Part shown: positions 52,939 to 60,435 of the stretch, in pieces
Layout: each line of letters opens with the position of its first letter
Position numbering within the stretch: the first letter of the stretch is position 1
Source of the DNA: a bacterium
Lineage (GTDB): Bacteria; Patescibacteriota; Patescibacteriia; JAGPKW01
NCBI GenBank assembly: GCA_021780535.1
Contig: JAJXYN010000011.1
Location: 15,295 to 79,294, forward strand
Direction: 5' to 3'
Length of the DNA: 64,000 nucleotides
Position numbers and translations under genes: made by a program
The notes under the pieces: model-generated
What the model was told of the DNA's origin: nothing
Database searches by the model: none
Seen by the model: the letters and a program-made list of their open reading frames with translations, nothing else

Positions 52939-53323
52939 AAAACATTAACTCTCTTAGTCTTTCTTTTAATAGGGCAAAATCATCTTTTGATATATATCCT
53001 ATTTTTCTATCTATTCTTTTTGAATCTATTAATCTTATTTGAGAAAGAATTGCAAATGATTTTTTATTTAAAAATACAAATTCAAAATGATATTTATCTT
53101 TATTAACTTTACTCGTAAGTGGAATACAGACAAAAATTCTATTATTAAATTTTTTTAAAATTAAAACTGGCCTTTCAAATTCAAAACCACCACCATTTTG
53201 TTCAAAACCTATATTTTTACCTAGATTAACAAAACAAATTTCTCTTTCTTTATAGAACACTATTTTATCCTTATCTTCTATTTTCTTTTTTAGACTATTC
53301 CATTTATCAAATTCTTTTTCCAT
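52937..53323 (-). CDS. PemK/MazF-family endoribonuclease toxin
   Basis: REICFVNLGKNIGFEQNG..RPVLILKK..IPLTSK..LSQIRLIDSKR. Confidence 0.9.
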   Translation of the reverse strand: MEKEFDKWNSLKKKIEDKDKIVFYKEREICFVNLGKNIGFEQNGGGFEFERPVLILKKFNNRIFVCIPLTSKVNKDKYHFEFVFLNKKSFAILSQIRLIDSKRIDRKIGYISKDDFALLKERLRELMF

Positions 53324-53344
53324 TTTTTATAATTAATCATTAAT

Positions 53345-53842
53345 CTATTTATTATTTCTATCCCCATTCCACATTTTTGGATTATTGATAATATAACGTT
53401 TTATTTTTAAATATTCTATTTCGTTACGAATTATATGATCATGAAATGATTTTTGCCATTTGAAATAATATGGTTTTATTTTATTGATTTCACGGGATGC
53501 AGACGATTTAAATAAACCAATGATTAATGATAATAATTGATTATTACGTTCCCGTAGGTGCCAGATTAATCTGGCACCTACATCACAATTTTTATTTATT
53601 TCAAAAATAAAATGTAAATGATTCGGCATTATACAATATTCATGTATTATTATTGTTTTATGAAAATTTTCTATATTTAATATTTTATTTTTCACAATTA
53701 TACCAATATTGTTTAAAATCATTTTATCGTTTTCAATATTTCCAAAATATGGATATCTATCACCAGTGCATATTGTAATAAAATAAAATCCATTATTTGA
53801 ATAATTCCATTTATTCCATCTGTTATTCTTATTTTGATACAT
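53345..53842 (-). mobile_element. REP-associated tyrosine transposase (Y1 HUH, IS200-like superfamily)
   Basis: YFITICT, IMPNHLHFI (HUH), WQKSFHDHIIR, YIINNP. Confidence 0.9.
53554..53581. repeat. Perfect 28 bp GTAG-type REP palindrome inside the transposase ORF
   Basis: gtaggtgccagattaatctggcacctac is its own reverse complement. Confidence 0.85.
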
Positions 53843-53875
53843 ATTTTATTTAAACATTTTTTAACCAAATAAATA

Positions 53876-53974
53876 TATCAAAATACTAAATATTCTATAT
53901 TAATATTTCTATTAATTTTAGATTAATATTTCTAAATTTTGTTTTATCTTAAGTATTAATTTTATTGTGTAAAA
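53876..53974 (+). repeat. Cassette-boundary repeat A, diverged copy upstream of the transposase
   Basis: attaat blocks, ctaaattttgttttat, attaattttattgtgtaaaa. Confidence 0.65.
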
Positions 53975-54123
53975 AGATTTATCTTTGTTAAAATTTCGAC
54001 TGATGAAGTATGACGGTAATATTCTATTTTATTTTTATTTGACGGATTATTATTTTTTGATGAAATTTTTTTATTTATATTACGTAATATATAATTATAC
54101 AACCTAATACCAATGGAGGGGTT

Positions 54124-54534
54124 ATGTTGAACATATCCAAGCATTTTTACAATAACCACAAAGTTTTTTCTTCATTTGTTATTTTTATTATACTTGTTAT
54201 TTGTTTATATTATATTGGAAGACTTTATATATCTACCCATAATAACTCTTTTTTAAATAATAATATCATTCTAGCAAGCAAAAATTCTATTGAATTGTTT
54301 TTTGCATATTTCACTACTGGTCTTATCATATCTATCAATTTTGTTTTAACAATATTTATAGTTTATAAACTTTATAATATTTTTATTGAAATATCACACA
54401 ATGTTGATAAAAAAATAAAAATAATAGAAAATGACATGGGCTCAACAAAAGCTGAATTAGAGATGGAGTTTATGGCATATATTCTTATATTATTTGCTTC
54501 TTCTTTATCATTATTTTTTCTATTTTTTGGATAA
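54124..54534 (+). CDS. Hypothetical 3-TM ORFan
   Basis: GGAGGGG SD; TMs; terminator gcccata/tatgggc near 54565-54583. Confidence 0.65.
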   Translation: MLNISKHFYNNHKVFSSFVIFIILVICLYYIGRLYISTHNNSFLNNNIILASKNSIELFFAYFTTGLIISINFVLTIFIVYKLYNIFIEISHNVDKKIKIIENDMGSTKAELEMEFMAYILILFASSLSLFFLFFG

Positions 54535-54648
54535 ACTCATATTTATGTTGTACAAAAAATAGTTGCCCATATTTGTTATGGGCATTTTTATTTTAAAATA
54601 AAAAAAGACGCCATTGTTATTGGCGTCATCTGTTAAATCCTTACGGGT

Positions 54649-54819
54649 TTAATCCCTTCGGATTCCGTGTTCTTCAAAGGCGTCAAACGGCTTGAAATCC
54701 GTTTCGATCGTCTGGTTGGCCCCGTTGTCGCCGTCAATGTTTGCCGGCGCAGGCTTTGCGCTTTCGTCTTTTTTTTCCGTTTTGGACACTTTGTCCCTGT
54801 CCCTGTTCATAGTGATCAT
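54649..54819 (-). CDS. Small charged hypothetical protein, 56 aa (start moved)
   Basis: GGGAGGT SD before ATG 54819; locally GC-rich; terminator gacgcca/tggcgtc at 54607-54627 with A tract. Confidence 0.55.
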   Translation of the reverse strand: MITMNRDRDKVSKTEKKDESAKPAPANIDGDNGANQTIETDFKPFDAFEEHGIRRD

Positions 54820-55062
54820 TGACACCTCCCAAAAAAAGATGAATATCAGTATAACAGCGAATTTGTTTAAATGCAATAGTGCCAATTTTTTAAAAATGAT
54901 ATTATTGCTTTATTTTTATACACAATTATTTTATTTTCCTATTTTAGATATTATATTTATATATTAATTAGATTTTAATTTGTTTGTTAATTATCAATTA
55001 ATTTGATTAATTTTATTATAAATATTAGAATTAGATTTATTCTTAATCAATTTTTGGTATGT

Positions 55063-56739
55063 ATGGACAAATTGAAGAAAATATTTTTTAGATATAATCA
55101 CTGGTTTTTATATATAGCTATTATTTTTATTATTTTCCCAATTATTTTTAAAGATGGCTATGTTTTTTTGTCTGATTATGTTTTTGCTAACTATTCTGGA
55201 TTTAATCCTAATAATTTTTATATTTTTTCATTTCTTATTGAAATTTTATCTAAAATTTTTAGTCTTGCCTTTATTGGTAGATTATTTATATTATTATCAT
55301 TAATTGTGTCTATAATTGGTGCTAAATCTATTGTACAAAACTTTATTTCAAACAAATGGATTGTTTTTGTTGTTTCTTTATTTGGACTAATTAACCCTTT
55401 CGTTTATGATAGAACTATGTATGGACAGGTTGGGGTTGTTATTGCTTATGGATTTTTAATGCTTGGTACTGGATTTTTGTTTAATATTTTATTTAACAAA
55501 AAAAATATAATTAAAAACATAATAATATCATCTTTATTCTTTGGACTATCTATTGCTTTTGCATTACATTTTATATTTTTCTCTGCATTAATATTATTAT
55601 CTTTCTTGATTTTATTTATTATTAATAAAACATTAGATAAAAAAACGCTAATAATATCATCTTTGTTAATATTATTTGTTATAATATTATTTAATTTTAG
55701 TATTATTTCTGGACTATTTAATAAAAATAATTCTTCTATTAATTTTGTTGATAATAGTATTACAACAAAGGACTTACAAGCTTTTGCAACTTCTGGTAAG
55801 TATGGATTTGGAGCTTTTTATAATGTTTTATCTATGTCTGGTTTTTGGGGGAAAGATCAATTTAGATATACTGACTTAACTAAAAATAGTTTTATTTGGA
55901 ATTTTAGTTTTGTTATTGTTTTTTGTTTGTTTATTTATGGTTTTATTAAATCTTTTAAATATTTTAAAGAAAAAAATATTAAATATGCTTCTTATATTTT
56001 TGGATCTGTATTTTTATTAGCGTTGATATTAGCTATTGGCATTAAAGCACCTATTGTAAAAAATATTTCTGAATTTTTATTTAATTATTTGCCGTTTTAC
56101 AAAGGGCTTAGAGAATCACAGAAGTGGGTGAGTGCTTTAAATATTGCTTATATTATATTTATATCTATTGGTATAGAGAAATTACTTGAATATAAAACTT
56201 TAAAAAATAAATATAACAAAATAGCATTTTTATTATTTGTATCTTTTATTTTTATACTAAGAGCTCCACTAATGCTTTTTGCTTTTAACAACCAAATAGA
56301 ATTAAAAAATTACCCAAAAGATTGGTATGATGTTGATAAAATAATATCTAATGAATCTGGTTGCAAATATAATACATTATTTTTGCCATGGCACATGTAT
56401 ATGAATTTTAAATTTATTAATGAAAAAAATATTACTAGAGGGGTAGTGGCAAATCCTGCTCATAATTTTTTTAAGTGTAATACTATTGTTGGAACAAATA
56501 TGGAATGGGGTGGTATATATGATAATAGTGGTGATCCTATGGGTAATGATATTTTAAATAATTTTTTAAAAAAGAATGGAATTGGTGCTAAAGACGTTTT
56601 AGATAGATATAATATTAAATATGTTATACTGGCTAAAGAGGTGGATTATAATAATTATCTATCTTTACAAGCATTGAGCTATTTACAATTGAGACGAGAA
56701 ACTGCTAATCTATACCTATTTAAAGTCATAGATGATTAA
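55063..56739 (+). CDS. Polytopic GT-C-like membrane glycosyltransferase (AftD/DUF3367-like)
   Basis: Many TMs, INPFVYDR, GLRESQKW, LFLPW, YNIKYVIL. Confidence 0.7.
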   Translation: MDKLKKIFFRYNHWFLYIAIIFIIFPIIFKDGYVFLSDYVFANYSGFNPNNFYIFSFLIEILSKIFSLAFIGRLFILLSLIVSIIGAKSIVQNFISNKWIVFVVSLFGLINPFVYDRTMYGQVGVVIAYGFLMLGTGFLFNILFNKKNIIKNIIISSLFFGLSIAFALHFIFFSALILLSFLILFIINKTLDKKTLIISSLLILFVIILFNFSIISGLFNKNNSSINFVDNSITTKDLQAFATSGKYGFGAFYNVLSMSGFWGKDQFRYTDLTKNSFIWNFSFVIVFCLFIYGFIKSFKYFKEKNIKYASYIFGSVFLLALILAIGIKAPIVKNISEFLFNYLPFYKGLRESQKWVSALNIAYIIFISIGIEKLLEYKTLKNKYNKIAFLLFVSFIFILRAPLMLFAFNNQIELKNYPKDWYDVDKIISNESGCKYNTLFLPWHMYMNFKFINEKNITRGVVANPAHNFFKCNTIVGTNMEWGGIYDNSGDPMGNDILNNFLKKNGIGAKDVLDRYNIKYVILAKEVDYNNYLSLQALSYLQLRRETANLYLFKVIDD

Positions 56740-58429
56740 ACCCAATAAAAAAAATATTTTAATAGTTCTAATTTTTTCAATAATTATACTTGTTGGATCT
56801 GTGTTTTTATTTTTACTTTTTCAAGAAAAATCTAGTCTAATTTCTTATTCTGATAATAAAAAAGAGGTTAGAGTAAATATATTTGACAAACTTTCTAAGA
56901 AAAATATTAAACAAATATATTTATCAAGTAATGATCCTAAAAATTTTGTATTAAACAGAAGTATAAACGAAAATACTGATGTATTATTTACTTATAACAA
57001 AGAAAAAAAGAAAGTTGATATTTCTACTATTGATGATGAAATACAAATAAACGGGCAAACTCAATCTGGTTTAGGCTTATTATTAAAAGAAATAGATGCT
57101 AATATTGGAGATACATTAACATTTGGTAGTAACACTTTAGATGTAACTGAAAATTTAAAAAGTGTTTTTAAAATTAAAGATTTTATAGATGGCTTGAAAC
57201 TTCAACAAAATGCGAATTCAGACAATGAAAAGAATTTATTAGAAAATCAAAATTATTCTTTTGAAAATGGCTTATGGAGTAAAACTGTTGATGTTTGTGC
57301 GAAACAAAATGATAATAACAGTGTTGTCTCACAATCTTTATCTAATGATTGTACTGATGGTAAACAATGTTTACTTATATCATCTAAGAATAATACGGGT
57401 TGTGTTAGTAATTTTTTCACAGTTGAATTAAAAAAAGATTATAATTACAAAATATCTTTTGATTATAAACAAACCGTTGAAAATTCTGCATCTTCTATTT
57501 TGTTTATATTAATAGGAAAAGATGGCCAAAATTATTATTTTACATCAAATCTATCTTCAACAGATTATTTCAAGAGTTTTGTATATAATTTTAACACCAC
57601 ACAAGATATTGCTGGTGTTATTGTTAAATTTAATGTTACAGGAGATAATGGCAAAGAAAGTTCTGTGATTTTTGATAATCTAAAAATAACTAGCAACTCT
57701 ACAAATAGAACTATTGAGATAAAAAAAGATGATATTATAAAAGATCATCTTCTCTATGAAGTTGGTCTAAAAAACGATTTAAATGAGTTTAAAGCTATAC
57801 CAAAAACGGATTCCGAAATGTCTTCTAATGATTTTGACTATTTTTTAACTTTTGAAAATAAATATCAAAATTCTTACTTTATTAAAAGAATAGATATTCA
57901 AGAAAAAATATTTAGATCATCTAAATATTTTATAGTAGTATCTTCGCTTATAACTATTATGTCTTTAGTTTATTTATTAAAAGAATTAATAGTAAAATAT
58001 TTTGAAATAATTATCTTTGGATTATTGTTATCTTTTAAAAAAATATTATATTTTTTTAAAATTTTGTTAAACTATCCTAGCAAAAAGATAAATGAAATTA
58101 AAAATGAAAAACCTTTATTTATTATTTTAAAAATATTAACTTTTGTTATTATTTTTGGATTTTATTTATACAATTCACTATCAAATAAAAAAGAAATAAA
58201 TATTTTATCTGCTATTGCTCTATTTTACGGTATTAATTCTGTATTATTTGTAATAGAAAGTAGAGTATCGGCTTTTTTTGCGCTTATATATTTAGCGCTT
58301 TGCCCTGTTTTATTAATAATGAAAAAAGATGCTGTTGCTGAAAATATGGCAGTGCAAGCATATTATTTTTTGGTTATTACGGTAATTACTCAAATTAGAG
58401 AGAATAGAAAAGAAGAAAACAAAAACTGA
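56732..58429 (+). CDS. Membrane protein with carbohydrate-binding-like (CBM4/9-type) domain
   Basis: NLLENQNYSFENG..W, YKISFDYK, IFDNLKI; C-terminal TMs. Confidence 0.6.
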   Translation: MIKPNKKNILIVLIFSIIILVGSVFLFLLFQEKSSLISYSDNKKEVRVNIFDKLSKKNIKQIYLSSNDPKNFVLNRSINENTDVLFTYNKEKKKVDISTIDDEIQINGQTQSGLGLLLKEIDANIGDTLTFGSNTLDVTENLKSVFKIKDFIDGLKLQQNANSDNEKNLLENQNYSFENGLWSKTVDVCAKQNDNNSVVSQSLSNDCTDGKQCLLISSKNNTGCVSNFFTVELKKDYNYKISFDYKQTVENSASSILFILIGKDGQNYYFTSNLSSTDYFKSFVYNFNTTQDIAGVIVKFNVTGDNGKESSVIFDNLKITSNSTNRTIEIKKDDIIKDHLLYEVGLKNDLNEFKAIPKTDSEMSSNDFDYFLTFENKYQNSYFIKRIDIQEKIFRSSKYFIVVSSLITIMSLVYLLKELIVKYFEIIIFGLLLSFKKILYFFKILLNYPSKKINEIKNEKPLFIILKILTFVIIFGFYLYNSLSNKKEINILSAIALFYGINSVLFVIESRVSAFFALIYLALCPVLLIMKKDAVAENMAVQAYYFLVITVITQIRENRKEENKN

Positions 58430-58473
58430 AAAATTCAAAACAATTTTTCAGTTTTTTAGTTTTAAAATTATTT

Positions 58474-59478
58474 ATGCTAAAAAAATTATTCTCTAAAATT
58501 AAGATTAAAACATTAATTGAGATATTTCTCGGCATTTCTCTTCTTTTTATTCCTTTTTTTGTTAATTATTTTAAAACTCCTGCTAATTTTAATTTTACTA
58601 ATAATTCTGATGAACAAATTTTTGTTTTACCAGATTCTAAAGAAGAACCTATTTTAAACCTACTTGATAAAGCAACAAATTCTATTGATATTACTATATA
58701 TCTTTTATCTGATAGAAAAATTATAGAAAAAATAAAAGAATTAAAAAAGAAAAATATTAATATAAGAATTATTTTAGAGAAAACTCCTTTTGGTGGCGGA
58801 TCGGGAAATTATAAAGTTTTTAATGAGCTCCTAAATATTGGTATAAATATAAAATATTCTGATCCTAGATTTGCATTAACTCATGCGAAATATATTGTAA
58901 TTGATAAAAAAGAAGCTTTTATAATGACTTCTAATCTTACTTATTCTGGACTTAATAATGATAGAGATTTTATATTTTATACTTCTGATAATAATATTAT
59001 AAATGAACTAAATAATATTTTTGAAAATGACTTTAATTATAAAAAATATAAATCAAAATTAGACAATCTTGTTGTTAGCCCAGATAATTCTAGAAATAAA
59101 ATTGAGAGCCTTATCAATTCTGCTACTAAATCTATTTATTTATATGGTGAAAATATCGGTGACAATGAAATTGAAAATTTATTAATTAAAAAGTCTAAAG
59201 AAGGAGTGAATATTAAATTGATTCTGCCAGATAATATTGGTCTTGAAAATAATATTCCTGTAATAAATAAACTAAAAGATGCTGGCATTGAAATAAAAAA
59301 TCTAAAAAAACCTTATCAACATGCGAAAATATTAATAATAAATAATTCTGTTATGTATTTAGGTTCTGTTAATTTTTCTACTTATTCTATGGATAGAAAT
59401 AGGGAGGTGGGTGTTATCAGTTTAAATAGGGACTCTATTGATAAGGTTTCTGACACCTTTAATAATGATTTAAAATAA
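58474..59478 (+). CDS. Phospholipase D-superfamily protein, membrane-anchored
   Basis: HAKYIVID..TSN and HAKILIIN..GSVN HKD-type motifs. Confidence 0.88.
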   Translation: MLKKLFSKIKIKTLIEIFLGISLLFIPFFVNYFKTPANFNFTNNSDEQIFVLPDSKEEPILNLLDKATNSIDITIYLLSDRKIIEKIKELKKKNINIRIILEKTPFGGGSGNYKVFNELLNIGINIKYSDPRFALTHAKYIVIDKKEAFIMTSNLTYSGLNNDRDFIFYTSDNNIINELNNIFENDFNYKKYKSKLDNLVVSPDNSRNKIESLINSATKSIYLYGENIGDNEIENLLIKKSKEGVNIKLILPDNIGLENNIPVINKLKDAGIEIKNLKKPYQHAKILIINNSVMYLGSVNFSTYSMDRNREVGVISLNRDSIDKVSDTFNNDLK

Positions 59479-59508
59479 GCCATTTTTTTATAATTTATAG
59501 CCGTACTA

Positions 59509-59537
59509 TTGACAAAAGTTTATATATGTGTTATCAT
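59509..59537 (+). promoter_or_regulatory. Consensus-like sigma70 promoter
   Basis: TTGACA-17-TATCAT with TGn extension. Confidence 0.75.
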
Positions 59538-59542
59538 CTTCA

Positions 59543-60245
59543 TTACCAAGATAAGGAATGAGCGAATTCCTCAGCATGAAGTTGCGGATTCCCATTCTGA
59601 ATCTCTGGCGGCGATCCACATCCTAGTGGTTAGCGCCGAAGAACATCCCGCCCCAAACCGCATCGGGGCAGAAAAAACAAACGGAGGTGAAACAGAATGC
59701 ACTGGTTCGAACGTTGTGGGGAAGACCCCCACTCAGCTAGCAACCGCTAGCTTCTCCAACCATCGACATCCTCGGGCATCTTCGTGTGGCCGACGATCTG
59801 CTGCCGCCCCGCCAAAAAATCCTTTTCTACAATGAAAAGGGGTTGGTCAAGTTGGTCGTCACCCACACATCTATTCCTTTTCCGGCCCCTTGCTCCTCCC
59901 CGCAAGAGGCACGACCGGAGGAAGGATCTCTAGATCCCCCTAACGCGTTCCATCGCGAGCGCCCAAAATAGCCCATGAGTCATCGACCTTGTCTGGCTCT
60001 AGGTGGGCTTCTCCCCGTACGCGTCTCCTTATTGGGCCTGTGGCATATCGCCTGGCCCTACGGGACGCCCAAGAACGGGTTGAGATTCGGGCGCAACTTC
60101 CGCGCCAGCCGTGGGGGATCTCAACGCCTTCCTGCTATGGTAAAAGCAGGACATTGATTCGTCAATGCAAACTCTTATCCGGTAAGTCCCGGAACACGTA
60201 AGAGAGTTACCCCCCGATATTCAAATGAGTATCGGGGCTCTTTTT
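59543..60245 (+). ncRNA. Candidate ~700 nt GC-rich structured non-coding RNA
   Basis: Sharp GC island with more than 12 hairpins, bounded by a promoter and terminator; no convincing ORF. Confidence 0.55.
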
Positions 60246-60246
60246 A
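60212..60246 (+). terminator. Intrinsic terminator closing the GC-rich unit
   Basis: ccccgatattc/gagtatcgggg then ctcttttt. Confidence 0.75.
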
Positions 60247-60307
60247 TTTATTTGATTTTTTTATAAAAATATGTTTTAATATCTAGTAATATTATTTCTA
60301 TATTTAG

Positions 60308-60402
60308 TATAAATTTACAATAATATTTTCTTTTCATAGTGTTCCGCTCAATTAATTTCAAATGAGCTCACAAATGAACGAAAAGATTATTATAAATTTA
60401 TA
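60308..60402 (+). repeat. Dispersed ~95 nt hairpin motif, copy 4
   Basis: Outer stem tataaattta.aataat/attatt.taaatttata; core gtgttccgctcaatt..gagctcacaaatgaacgaaaa. Confidence 0.8.
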
Positions 60403-60435
60403 TTTAGTAATTAATTTTAAAATAACTTTAAATAA

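Noticed and set aside
38577-53974. Repeats A and B as integron attC sites or a CRISPR array
   Set aside because: No RYYYAAC/GTTRRRY paired cores, no integrase and no cas genes in the window; the repeats are over 100 bp with gene-sized spacing
59509-60201. ORFs 59509-59835, 59786-59971, 59975-60157 and 59989-60201 as proteins
   Set aside because: Short and mutually overlapping with no recognisable motifs; the first begins at the -35 box; expected by chance in a GC-rich island
59543-60245. GC island as RNase P RNA, tmRNA, rRNA or a tRNA cluster
   Set aside because: Hallmark conserved sequences not found by eye on either strand; cmscan is still needed to exclude them formally
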